A program made the position numbers and the translations under genes. From the NCBI GenBank assembly GCA_016206565.1, contig JACQRG010000061.1:1-39350 (forward strand): a DNA stretch of 39,350 bases, given 5' to 3'. Source of the DNA: Candidatus Omnitrophota bacterium. Its GTDB lineage: Bacteria; Omnitrophota; Gorgyraeia; Aquiviventales; Aquiviventaceae. The stretch's first letter is position 1; each line of letters starts with the position of its first letter. Shown piece after piece: positions 23,427 to 32,524 of the stretch. The notes beneath the pieces were generated by a model. The model did not search any database and was not told the DNA's origin. It worked only from the letters and a program-made list of their open reading frames with translations.

Positions 23427-25636
23427 CCATCTTCGACGTGCCGCATCCGAGAAACAAACCGGTGCTGCTCAAGCGCCTGCCCGTGTTCAGCGAGTGCAAT
23501 GAGAAGCAGCTGCTGTTCATCGCCGAGCGCACGCGCATCGTCGAGTACAAGAAGGGCGAGGCCGTGTACCGCGAGGGAGAGGCGGCCGCTTCGCTCTACA
23601 TCGTCGTCTCCGGACGGCTGCGCGTCTTCACGCAGGTCGGCGGGCGGGAAGCCACCGTCGCCATCCTCCACAACGGGGACTCCTTCGGCGAGGTTTCCCT
23701 GCTGACCGGCGAGAGCCACTCCGCGACCGTGCAGGCGCTCAACGACGCGCTCGTCCTGCAGCTGCTCAAGAGCGACTTCGAGGACGTCATCAACCGCATC
23801 CCCTCCCTCGTCCTCTCCCTGAGCCGCTCGCTCTCCAAACGGCTGCGCACGACGATGCACACGGGGGGTGCGACCGAAGCGACGATCGTGTCCATCTACA
23901 GCGCGGTCAAGGGGGTGGGCCGCACCCTCTTCGCCGCGGCCCTGGCCGCGATGCTCAAGCGCCATGCCGGCCTGGGCGTGCTGGTGGTGGACATGAACCC
24001 CGAAGGCGAAGAGCAGGCGCTGCTCCAGGGCACGCTTGCGCCGCCCTCGGTCATGCTCTCGGCGGCCTCCGGCGTGATGACCGAGGAGCAGCTGACGCAG
24101 GCGCTCTCCGAGCACCCGCTGGGGTTCAGCGTGCTGTCCATCGGCTCGGCCTTGGTCCAGCAGCAAGGCGACCAGGGAGTGGCGCCGCTCTTAAGCGAGC
24201 TCACCAAGCGCTTCGGCTATATCATCATGGACCTGCCGGTGGAGACCGCGCCGCACGTGCTCAAGGCCTTGACGCAGTCCGACGTGATCTACCTCATGAC
24301 CGACCAGCACCGCGACACGCTGGTCCGCACGAAGGCGCTCGTGCAGCGCGTGCAGGAGGCGATCGGCTTTATGGAGCAGCGCATCAAGGTTGTGGTCAAC
24401 CGGATGACCCGGCTCGGGATCGCCGTGAGCCTGGAGGAGATCAAGGAGGAGCTGGGCGCCTCCGTGGCGGTCTCGCTGCCGCAGCTCGAGGCCGAGCAGG
24501 CACGCGTCACGCTCAACGACCTGGCACAGCACCTCGGCAGCGAGACCTCGCTCTATGGGCGGGCGGTGCGCCGGGCGGCGCGCGACCTCTCGGGCACCGT
24601 GCTGGGACTAGCCTTAGGATCCGGCGCGGCGCTGGGGCTGGCGCACATCGGGGTCCTGAAGGTGCTGGAGCGGGAGCAGATTCCCATTGACATGATCGCG
24701 GGGACCAGCATCGGCGCGATGATCGGCGGGCTCTGGGCGTCGGGGCGCTCGGCCGCCCAGCTCGAGGAGATGGCGCTGCGGTTCAAGGACCCCTGGGATA
24801 TCCGGCGGCTCTTCATCTTGGACTTGGGGATTCCCATGGTCGCCCTGATCATCGGCACCCTCGCCGGCCTGGCGATCGGCGCCCTGGCCGGGTTCTGGAC
24901 CGGCCTGCTGTTCGGATTCATGGTCTGCGTCTCCACCGGCGTGGTGCTGGGGCCCCTGGCCGGCGGGCCGATCCAGGGGGCCGTGCTGGCGCGACGGCTG
25001 GAGGAGGATTTCAAGGGCAAGACGTTCGAGGATACCTGGCTGCCGCTCAAGATCGTCGCGGCCAACCCGATGGCGCGGGAAGAGGTGGTGTTCGACTCCG
25101 GCCGGATCGCGGAGGCGGTGCGGGCGTCGGTGTCCATCCCGGGGATCTTTAAGCCGGTGCGGCGCATGGGCAAGATCTGCCTCGATGGCGGGGTGGTGGA
25201 CCCGGTGCCGGTCGGGGTGCTCAAGCGCGCCGGCGCGAACCGGGTCATCGCGGTCAACGTGTTTCCGACCATGGCCGAGTTCCAGGCCTACCAGCAGGAG
25301 AGTGCGAGGCGCCGCCAGGAGCGGGAAGCGCGCATCACCTCGCGCAGCCTGCCGGTGCGCCTGCTCATCCGCCTGCGCCAGGAGCTGGTCAGCTCGGTGA
25401 CCCCGCTGATCTTCGACGTGATCATGCGCTCGATGCAGTTCATGGAGTACCAGATCGCCGAGGTCGCCTGCCATGACGCAGACCTGACGCTGCGCCCATC
25501 GCTGGCCGGCGCGCACTGGCTGGAGTTCTTCCATCCCGAACCGTTCATCCAGCGCGGGGAAGAGGTCGCGCTGCAGCACCTGCCGCAGCTCAAGCGCCTC
25601 GCCGGCATGACGGCGCCCGACGTTGACAAGGGATGA
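23423..25636 (+). CDS. Three-module protein: cyclic-nucleotide-binding domain + ParA/MinD/CpaE-like domain with degenerate Walker A + patatin-like phospholipase with an inserted hydrophobic hairpin
   Basis: The cNMP module is GEAVYREGE...LYIVVSGRLRV...FGEVSLLTGESHSATV. The ParA-like module is IVSIYSAVKGVGRTLFAAALAAML...VLVVDMNPEGEE...YIIMDLP...VIYLMTDQ...VVVNRM. The patatin module has LALGSGAALGLAHIGVLKVLE, the nucleophile GTSIG and the catalytic Asp DGGVVDPVPV. A ~50-aa Gly/Ala/Leu-rich two-TM insert (IPMVALIIGTLAGLAIGALAGFWTGLLFGFMVCVSTGVVLGPLAGG) follows the nucleophile elbow. Confidence 0.85.
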   Translation: MTIFDVPHPRNKPVLLKRLPVFSECNEKQLLFIAERTRIVEYKKGEAVYREGEAAASLYIVVSGRLRVFTQVGGREATVAILHNGDSFGEVSLLTGESHSATVQALNDALVLQLLKSDFEDVINRIPSLVLSLSRSLSKRLRTTMHTGGATEATIVSIYSAVKGVGRTLFAAALAAMLKRHAGLGVLVVDMNPEGEEQALLQGTLAPPSVMLSAASGVMTEEQLTQALSEHPLGFSVLSIGSALVQQQGDQGVAPLLSELTKRFGYIIMDLPVETAPHVLKALTQSDVIYLMTDQHRDTLVRTKALVQRVQEAIGFMEQRIKVVVNRMTRLGIAVSLEEIKEELGASVAVSLPQLEAEQARVTLNDLAQHLGSETSLYGRAVRRAARDLSGTVLGLALGSGAALGLAHIGVLKVLEREQIPIDMIAGTSIGAMIGGLWASGRSAAQLEEMALRFKDPWDIRRLFILDLGIPMVALIIGTLAGLAIGALAGFWTGLLFGFMVCVSTGVVLGPLAGGPIQGAVLARRLEEDFKGKTFEDTWLPLKIVAANPMAREEVVFDSGRIAEAVRASVSIPGIFKPVRRMGKICLDGGVVDPVPVGVLKRAGANRVIAVNVFPTMAEFQAYQQESARRRQEREARITSRSLPVRLLIRLRQELVSSVTPLIFDVIMRSMQFMEYQIAEVACHDADLTLRPSLAGAHWLEFFHPEPFIQRGEEVALQHLPQLKRLAGMTAPDVDKG

Positions 25637-25652
25637 GGCCGGCGGGTACGAT
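25623..25652 (+). promoter_or_regulatory. Sigma70-type promoter: TTGACA - 18 nt - TACGAT at the 3' end of the patatin gene, ahead of the beta-oxidation operon
   Basis: Consensus -35. SD GGGAG lies 5 nt before ATG 25676. Confidence 0.5.
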
Positions 25653-25675
25653 GAGGGAATTCACCGGGAGACCAG

Positions 25676-26869
25676 ATGCCCACTGAGATCGTGATCGTGG
25701 ACGGCGTGCGGACCCCGCAGGGAGTCTTCGGCGGGGCGCTCAAGCAGCTCACCGCCCAGCAGCTCGGCGAGGTGGCGGTGCGGGAGCTGCTCAAGCGCAC
25801 CAACCTCAAGCCCGCCCAGGTGGAGGAGACCATCTTAGGCTGCGTGGGCCAGCAGTCCGATGCGCCGAACATCGCCCGCGTCGTCGCACTGCGCGCCGGC
25901 ATCCCCAAAGAGGTGCCGGCGTTCACCGTCCAGCGCAACTGCGCCTCGGGACTGCAGGCCATCGTCAGCGCCTGCCAGAACCTGCTCTGCGGCGACCGCG
26001 ACATCCAGGTGGCGGGTGGCACGGAGAGCATGAGCACCGCGCCCTACGTCAGCCGGGATTTGCGCTGGGGCAAGCGGCTGCGGCATTCCGAGATGGTGGA
26101 TTCGGTCTGGGAGGGGCTCACCGACCCGGTCTGCGGCCAGATCATGGGCCAGACCGCGGAGAACCTGATCAAAGAGTTCGGCATCAGCCGCGCGGACCAG
26201 GACAAATTCGCGCTGCTCTCCCACCAGCGGGCGTTCAGGGCCACGCGCGAGAACCGGTTCAAGGACGAGCTCGTCCCCGTCATGGTGCCCAAGCGCGCGA
26301 TGGGCAAAGACCTGCCGCCGGAGCCCTTCACGCAGGATGAGGGCATCAACCCGGGCCTCAACGAGCAGCTGCTGGGCCAGTACCCGGCGGTGTTCACCGA
26401 GAACGGATCGGTGACGCCGGGCAACGCTTGCTTCAATGCGGACGGCGCGTCGGCGCTGCTGCTCATGTCCGCCGAGAAGGCCAAGGCGCTGGGCTACAAG
26501 CCGCTGGCCAGGGTCCGCGCGTGGGCCTTCGCCGGGCTGGAGCCGGAGCGCATGGGGCTGGGGCCGACCCTCTCGGTGCCGATGGCGCTGAAGAAAGCCG
26601 GCGCGGCGCTCAAGGATATCCAGCTCATCGAGCTTAACGAGGCGTTCGCCGCCACCTACCTGGCCTGCGAGAAGGTTCTGGGCTACAGCCGCGATATCTG
26701 CAACGTCAACGGCGGCGCCATCGCGCTGGGGCATCCGGTCGGGGCGACGGGGGCTCGCCTCACGGTCACCCTCCTGCACGAGATGAAGCGGCGCAGCCTC
26801 TCGCTGGGCCTGGCGACCGCGTGCGTCGGGGGCGGGCAGGGGGCCACCATCGTCTTCGAGCGCGCGTGA
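25676..26869 (+). CDS. Acetyl-CoA C-acyltransferase (thiolase)
   Basis: VDGVRTP, the active-site Cys region VQRNCASGLQAI, NEAFA, GGAIALGHPVGATGAR and CVGGGQG. Confidence 0.95.
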   Translation: MPTEIVIVDGVRTPQGVFGGALKQLTAQQLGEVAVRELLKRTNLKPAQVEETILGCVGQQSDAPNIARVVALRAGIPKEVPAFTVQRNCASGLQAIVSACQNLLCGDRDIQVAGGTESMSTAPYVSRDLRWGKRLRHSEMVDSVWEGLTDPVCGQIMGQTAENLIKEFGISRADQDKFALLSHQRAFRATRENRFKDELVPVMVPKRAMGKDLPPEPFTQDEGINPGLNEQLLGQYPAVFTENGSVTPGNACFNADGASALLLMSAEKAKALGYKPLARVRAWAFAGLEPERMGLGPTLSVPMALKKAGAALKDIQLIELNEAFAATYLACEKVLGYSRDICNVNGGAIALGHPVGATGARLTVTLLHEMKRRSLSLGLATACVGGGQGATIVFERA

Positions 26870-28092
26870 TGTACATCTACAAGACGGCGGTGGTGGGTGC
26901 CGGCGCGATGGGAGCGGACATCGCCCAGGTGATCACCTTCAGCGGCGTGCCGGTGCTGCTCAAGGACGTGGACCAGCATGCGGTGGACCACGGTCTTGAG
27001 GCGATCCGCACGGTCTATCGGCGCCGGGTGGACCGGGGCAAGATGACCCAGGACGAGCTGGAGAAGAAGATGGCCCTGGTCACCGGCGTGACGTCGTATG
27101 ACCAGTTCAAGGACGTGGACCTGGTCATCGAGGCGGTGCCGGAGCGCCTGGACTTAAAGCAGCGCATCTTCCGGGAGCTCGACGGGCTGCTGCCCGAGTC
27201 TTCCATCATCGCATCGAACACCTCCTCGCTCTCCATCTCGGCGCTGGGCGGGGCCACGAAGCGGCCGTCAAAAGTCATCGGGATGCATTTCTTCTATCCC
27301 GCGCACGTCATGAAATTGGTGGAAGTCATCCCCGGCCTGGACACCTCGGAGGAAACCGCCGGCGACATCACCGCCTTCGCCGAGAGCCTGCGCAAGCTGC
27401 CGGTGCGCGTCAACGAGTGCGCCGGCTTCCTGGTCAACCGCATCCTGATGCCGTACCTTAACGAGGCGGCCTGGTGCGTCCAGGAGGGGGCCGCGTCGGC
27501 GCGCCAGATCGACGAGGCCATGGTGGCCTTTGGATTCCCGATGGGCCCGTTCACCCTGGTGGACAACCTGGGCTTCGACGTCTGCCGCGAGGTGGTCAAG
27601 GTGCTGCTGGACGCCTACGGCTCGCGCATGGAGCCGGCGACGCTCTGGGAGCGGCTCTACGAGCTGAAGCGCTACGGGGTGAAGTCCGGCGCCGGGTTCT
27701 ACCTCTACGGCGACCGGGCCGGGCAGCCGGACGCCGACCTGGACCGGGTCCTCGCGCAGCTGAAGGCCCAGCATAAGGGCCCGGCCGAATTCAGCGTGAA
27801 CCGGCTGGTGCTGCCCATGATTAATGAAACCATTCGCTGCCTGGAGGAGCATGTCTGCACCGCGGCCGACGCCGACCTCTCGGTGGTGGCCGGCCTGGGG
27901 TTTCCGCAGGCCAAGGGCGGGCTGCTGCACTATGCGGACGAGGTGGGCTTGGACGTGGTGCTGGCCGAGCTGGAGCGGCTCACCAAGGCGTACGGCGAGC
28001 GGTTCTGGCCCTCGCCGCTGTTGAAGCGCAAGGTCGCCGCCGGGCATCTGGGCAAGAAGGCCCGCCGCGGCTTCTTTGAGTACACCGAGTGA
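26869..28092 (+). CDS. 3-hydroxyacyl-CoA dehydrogenase (NAD-binding + duplicated C-terminal domain)
   Basis: TGATG overlap. Rossmann motif AVVGAGAMGADIA, EAVPE.L.LK, SNTSSL, HFF.PA..M.LVE and GF.VNR. Confidence 0.92.
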   Translation: MYIYKTAVVGAGAMGADIAQVITFSGVPVLLKDVDQHAVDHGLEAIRTVYRRRVDRGKMTQDELEKKMALVTGVTSYDQFKDVDLVIEAVPERLDLKQRIFRELDGLLPESSIIASNTSSLSISALGGATKRPSKVIGMHFFYPAHVMKLVEVIPGLDTSEETAGDITAFAESLRKLPVRVNECAGFLVNRILMPYLNEAAWCVQEGAASARQIDEAMVAFGFPMGPFTLVDNLGFDVCREVVKVLLDAYGSRMEPATLWERLYELKRYGVKSGAGFYLYGDRAGQPDADLDRVLAQLKAQHKGPAEFSVNRLVLPMINETIRCLEEHVCTAADADLSVVAGLGFPQAKGGLLHYADEVGLDVVLAELERLTKAYGERFWPSPLLKRKVAAGHLGKKARRGFFEYTE

Positions 28093-28099
28093 GGGCCTG

Positions 28100-28891
28100 A
28101 TGCCGCTGCCATCCGGGGAGAACGTCAAGGCCAGCCTGGAGGAGCGCGTGGCGCTCATCACGATTGACCACCGGCCGGTCAACGCGCTCAACCGCCAGAC
28201 GCTGGAAGAGCTGGGCAAGGTCGCGGATGCGCTGGCCGCGGAGCCGGCAGCGAAGGCCGTGGTCTTAACCGGCGCCGGGTCGCTGGCGTTCGTCGCCGGC
28301 GCGGACATCAAGGAGGTTGCGCAGTTGGCCTCGCCGGAGCAGGCCAAGGCCATGGCCGCGCTCGGCCAGGCCGTGTTCCTGAAGCTCCAGCGGCTCAAGC
28401 TGCCGGTGATCGCCGCCATCAACGGGGTGTGCCTGGGCGGCGGGCTGGAGCTGGCGATGGCCTGCCACCTGCGCGTCTCCGGCGACCGGGCCAGGTTCGG
28501 CCAGCCCGAGGTCAACCTCGGCATCATCCCGGGCTGGGGCGGCACGCAGCGGCTGCCGCGCCTGATCGGCAAGGCCAAAGCCTTCGAGTGGATCCTCACC
28601 GGCGACGTGTACACGGCCCAGGAGGCGTTGCGCCTGGGGCTGGTCAACCTGGTCGTGCCCCAGGACCAGGTCCTCAAGGCGGCGAAGGATTTGGCGAAGA
28701 AGATCGCCGGCAAGGGCGCGGTGGCCGTCCAGCAGGCGCTGCGGGCCATCGAAGACGGGGCATCGCTGCCCTTAGAGCAGGGGCTGGCCAAGGAGGCCGA
28801 GGCGTTCGGCGACGTGGCGAAGAGCGAAGACAGCAAGGAGGGCGTGCGCGCCTTCCTGGAGAAGCGCCAGCCGCAGTTCAAGGACCGATGA
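28100..28891 (+). CDS. Enoyl-CoA hydratase (crotonase family)
   Basis: NALN, VVLTGAG..FVAGADI, INGVCLGGGLELAMACH and GQPEVNLGIIPGWGGTQRL. Confidence 0.92.
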   Translation: MPLPSGENVKASLEERVALITIDHRPVNALNRQTLEELGKVADALAAEPAAKAVVLTGAGSLAFVAGADIKEVAQLASPEQAKAMAALGQAVFLKLQRLKLPVIAAINGVCLGGGLELAMACHLRVSGDRARFGQPEVNLGIIPGWGGTQRLPRLIGKAKAFEWILTGDVYTAQEALRLGLVNLVVPQDQVLKAAKDLAKKIAGKGAVAVQQALRAIEDGASLPLEQGLAKEAEAFGDVAKSEDSKEGVRAFLEKRQPQFKDR

Positions 28892-30735
28892 GCGCCGTGC
28901 TAGGCAAGGGCTCGCCCGAGGCGCTTGAGGTCACCGAGGCCGCGCGCCAAGCGGAGTGGCAGTATCCAAGTTTCGTCGCCGGACTGTTCATGGGGCGGGT
29001 CCGCCAGGACCTGGTGTTCCCGTGCCCGGAGCAGCCTGAAGACGACCGGCGCGCCGGCGACGCGTTCCTCGCCGAGCTCGACGCCTTCCTGAAAGCCCAG
29101 GTGGACCCGGACGAGATTGACCGCACCGGCGAGCTGCCCGCCTCGGTCATCCAGGGCCTGGTCCGGCTGGGCTGCTTCGGCATGAAGATCCCCAAGGAGT
29201 ACGGCGGCCTGGGCCTCTCGCAGGCGAACTACGCCCGGGTCCTGACGCTGCTGGGAAGCCACTGCGCGTCCACCGCGGTGTGGCTCAGCGCCCACCAGAG
29301 CATCGGCGCCCCGCAGCCGCTGATGCTCTTCGGCACCGAGGAGCAGAAGCGCGCCTACCTGCCGCGCCTGGCACAGGGCACCATCTCCGCCTTCGCGCTG
29401 ACCGAGCCCGGCGTGGGCTCGGACCCGGCCAATATGCTCACGACCGCCACCCCCATCGAGGGCGGGGAACTCTACCTGCTCAACGGCGAGAAGCTCTGGT
29501 GCACGAACGGCCCGGTCGCCGACGTCGTGGTGGTCATGGCCCGCACGCCGTCGGTCATGGCAGGCGGCAAGGAGCGCAAGCAGATCACCGCCTTCATCGT
29601 CGAGAAGGCGATGCCGGGCGTCGAGGCGGTCCATCGGTGCGAGTTCATGGGCTTGAAAGGCATCCAGAACGGCGTGCTGCGCTTCACCAACGTGCGGGTG
29701 CCGAAGGGCAACATCATCTGGGGCCCGGGCCTGGGGCTGAAGCTCGCACTCGTGACGCTCAATGCAGGCCGCATCGCGATCCCCGCGGCGAGCGTTGGGG
29801 GTGCCAAGCGCTGCCTGCAGATCGTGCGGGGCTGGGCCAAGGAGCGCAAGCAGTGGGGCGGGCCGATCGGCAAGCACGAGGCGGTGGCGGCGAAGATCGG
29901 CGAGATGGCCGCCGCGACCTTCGCGATGGACGCCATGGTGACTATCACCTCGGCCCTGGTGGACCGCAAGAGCATTGACATCCGCCTGGAGGCGGCCATT
30001 GCCAAGCTGTACTGCTCGGAGGCTGCCTGGCGCATCGTGGACGACACGCTGCAGATCCGCGGCGGGCGCGGCTACGAGACCGCCGCGTCGCTGCGCGGGC
30101 GGGGGGAGCCGGGCATCGGCGTCGAGCGCATGCTGCGCGATTCCCGCATCAACCTCATCATCGAGGGCACGAGCCAGATCATGCGCCTCTTCATCGCCCG
30201 GGAGGCGCTGGATGCGCACATGCGCCTGGTCGGGGAGCTGCTGAGCCCGCACGGGGCGCCGGCCAAAAAGCTCGCCGCCGCGCTGCGCGCCATCATCCAC
30301 TACGCCGTGTGGTATCCCCGCCAGTGGCTGTTCTGGAGCGGCTGGCCGCGGTATGCGCATCTGCATCCGCGCCTGGCCGGCCACATGCGGTTCGTGGAGC
30401 GGACCAGCCACCGGCTGGCGCGCGCCCTCTTCCACGGGGCGGTCCGACATCAAACGCGCCTGGCCTATCGCCAGCAGCTGCTCGGGCGGCTGGTGGACGT
30501 CGGCGCGGAGCTCTTCGCCATGGTCGCGGCCTGCAGCAGGGCCCAAGCGCTCATCCGGCTGCAGCCGTCGGAGCAGAGCCCCGTCGAGCTGGCGGATGTG
30601 TTCTGCCGGCAGGCGCGCCGCCGCGTGGACAGCGCGCTGCGCTTAGCCGGCGACAATGAGGATCGGGCCGTCTATCAGATCGCGCAAGACGTCCTCGGCG
30701 GCCGCTATGAGTGGTTGGAGGAAGGCATTGTCTGA
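28888..30735 (+). CDS. Very-long-chain-type (VLCAD/ACAD9-like) acyl-CoA dehydrogenase with C-terminal extension
   Basis: ATGA overlap. SFVAGLFMGRVRQDLVFPCPE, GLGLSQANYARV, FALTEPGVGSDPA, LNGEKLWCTNG, IAKLYCSEAAWRIVDDTLQIRGGRGY and IIEGTSQIMRLFIA align by eye along the whole VLCAD architecture. The product is ~615 aa. Confidence 0.9.
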   Translation: MSAVLGKGSPEALEVTEAARQAEWQYPSFVAGLFMGRVRQDLVFPCPEQPEDDRRAGDAFLAELDAFLKAQVDPDEIDRTGELPASVIQGLVRLGCFGMKIPKEYGGLGLSQANYARVLTLLGSHCASTAVWLSAHQSIGAPQPLMLFGTEEQKRAYLPRLAQGTISAFALTEPGVGSDPANMLTTATPIEGGELYLLNGEKLWCTNGPVADVVVVMARTPSVMAGGKERKQITAFIVEKAMPGVEAVHRCEFMGLKGIQNGVLRFTNVRVPKGNIIWGPGLGLKLALVTLNAGRIAIPAASVGGAKRCLQIVRGWAKERKQWGGPIGKHEAVAAKIGEMAAATFAMDAMVTITSALVDRKSIDIRLEAAIAKLYCSEAAWRIVDDTLQIRGGRGYETAASLRGRGEPGIGVERMLRDSRINLIIEGTSQIMRLFIAREALDAHMRLVGELLSPHGAPAKKLAAALRAIIHYAVWYPRQWLFWSGWPRYAHLHPRLAGHMRFVERTSHRLARALFHGAVRHQTRLAYRQQLLGRLVDVGAELFAMVAACSRAQALIRLQPSEQSPVELADVFCRQARRRVDSALRLAGDNEDRAVYQIAQDVLGGRYEWLEEGIV

Positions 30736-32524
30736 CCGTCCGCCGGCCGACACGCTGCCGGCGCTCTTCGTCCAGCGCGCCGCCGCGTCAGGCCCCAAAC
30801 CCCTGTTTCTGGTCAAACGCGACGGCGCCTACCGGCCGATGTCCTGGCGGCAGGCTGCCGATGACGTCTGCGCGTTGGCGGCGTTCCTGCTGGAGCAGGG
30901 GGTCGCGGCCGGCGACCGGGCCGCGATTCTCTCGGAGAATCGTCCGGAATGGGGCATCGGCGACCTGGCCATCCAGTCCGTCGGCGCTTGGACGGTCCCG
31001 CTGTATCCCAGCCTGACGGCGCAGGACATCCACGGCATCTGCCGCGACTGCGAGCCGGTGGCGTGCGTCGCATCCACGGCAGAGCAGGCGCGCAAGATCG
31101 CCGAGATCCGCGCCGGCGTGCCGTCGCTGCGCGTCGTCATCGCTATGGACGGGGGGGCGGGCACGGTCTCCTGGGCCGACGCGCTGGCCAGGGGGCGGGC
31201 TGCGCTGCCGGCGCGCCGGGAGGAGCTGGACGCGCGCCGAAACGCCCTGCGCCCCGGCGACACGGCGACGCTGATCTACACCTCCGGCACCACGGGCGAG
31301 CCTAAAGGCGTCATGCTCTCCCACCGGAATTTCCTCTCCAATGTCCGGGCGAGCCTTGACGCCATCCCCATCTGCGGCGACGACCTGCACCTCTCGTTCC
31401 TGCCGCTGTGCCACGTGTTCGAGCGGATGGCCGGCTGGTACTTGATGCTCGACGTCGCAGCGACGGTGGCCTACGCCGAGTCCATGGACACCATCCCGGA
31501 CAACATGCGGGAGGTGCGCCCGACCGTGATGCTGGGCGTGCCCCGGTTCTTCGAGAAGCTCTACGCGCGCATCCAGGAGGCGCTGCGGCAGATGCCGCCT
31601 GCCAAGCAGCGGCTGGCGCGGTGGGCGATCCGGGTCGGGCAGCGGGCGGCGCAGGCGCGGGAGCAGCGCCGGCCCGTTCCGCCCGGGCTGGCCCTGCAGG
31701 TGTGGTTGGCCGACCGCCTCGTCCTGGAGAAGTTCCGCCGGCGCCTCGGCGGGCGGCTGCGCTTCTTCGTCTCCGGCTCAGCGCCCCTCTCGGCGGACAT
31801 CGGCCGGTTCTTCAGCGGCCTTGGTATCACCATCATCGAGGGCTACGGGCTGACCGAGACCTCGCCGGTGATCGCGGTGAACCGGCTCTCCCGTCCGAAG
31901 TTCGGCACGGTCGGTCCGCTCATTTCCGGGGTGGAGGTGCGCATCGCCGACGACGGAGAGATCCTGACGCGCGGCCCCCACGTGATGCAGGGCTACTACC
32001 GCAAGCCGGAGGAGACCGCGGCGGTGATCACGGACGGCTGGCTGCACACCGGCGACGTCGGGCATCTGGACGGCGACGGCCACCTGGTCATCACCGACCG
32101 CAAGAAGGACCTCATCAAGACCGCCGGCGGCAAATTCGTTGCGCCCCAGAAGCTCGAGAACCTGTTCGTCACCGACCCGTACGTCAGCCAGGCGTTCGTG
32201 TACGGCGACCGGCAGCGGTACTGCGTGGCACTCGTGGTGCCGAACATGGCCCGCCTCCGGGAATACGCCGCCTCGCAGGGCATCGCCGCCGCCGGCCCGG
32301 CCCAGCTGGTGCAGGATGCGCGCATCCGCGAGTTCTACTGGCAACGGGTCCAAGAGCGGCAAGGCGGCCTGGCGTCGTTCGAGCAGGTCAAGGCCATCGC
32401 TCTGCTGGACCAGGAGTTCACCCAGGCCGCCGGAGAATTGACCCCCACGCTGAAGGCCAAGCGCGGCGTGATCGCGCAGCGCTACGCCGAGGCGCTGCGC
32501 CGGCTCTACGAGCAGCCGGCGTGA
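30707..32524 (+). CDS. Long-chain-fatty-acid--CoA ligase (AMP-dependent synthetase)
   Basis: AMP-binding motif IYTSGTTGEPKGVMLSHRN, then EGYGLTETS, GWLHTGDVG and DRKKDLIKTAGGKFVAPQ. The start is either ATG 30707 (29-nt overlap) or TTG 30728, which is preceded by GGAGGAAGG. Confidence 0.9.
   Translation: MSGWRKALSDRPPADTLPALFVQRAAASGPKPLFLVKRDGAYRPMSWRQAADDVCALAAFLLEQGVAAGDRAAILSENRPEWGIGDLAIQSVGAWTVPLYPSLTAQDIHGICRDCEPVACVASTAEQARKIAEIRAGVPSLRVVIAMDGGAGTVSWADALARGRAALPARREELDARRNALRPGDTATLIYTSGTTGEPKGVMLSHRNFLSNVRASLDAIPICGDDLHLSFLPLCHVFERMAGWYLMLDVAATVAYAESMDTIPDNMREVRPTVMLGVPRFFEKLYARIQEALRQMPPAKQRLARWAIRVGQRAAQAREQRRPVPPGLALQVWLADRLVLEKFRRRLGGRLRFFVSGSAPLSADIGRFFSGLGITIIEGYGLTETSPVIAVNRLSRPKFGTVGPLISGVEVRIADDGEILTRGPHVMQGYYRKPEETAAVITDGWLHTGDVGHLDGDGHLVITDRKKDLIKTAGGKFVAPQKLENLFVTDPYVSQAFVYGDRQRYCVALVVPNMARLREYAASQGIAAAGPAQLVQDARIREFYWQRVQERQGGLASFEQVKAIALLDQEFTQAAGELTPTLKAKRGVIAQRYAEALRRLYEQPA

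Noticed and set aside
28900-30546. 548-aa ORF on the minus strand
   Set aside because: It is antisense to the VLCAD-type acyl-CoA dehydrogenase, which aligns by eye along its full length. This is a spurious frame.
31408-32523. N-terminal 372 codons of the 1057-aa track ORF
   Set aside because: This part overlaps the acyl-CoA ligase gene in another frame and translates to Arg/Pro/Gly-rich nonsense. The real gene starts at ATG 32524 (TGATG junction), where the hydrolase motifs begin.
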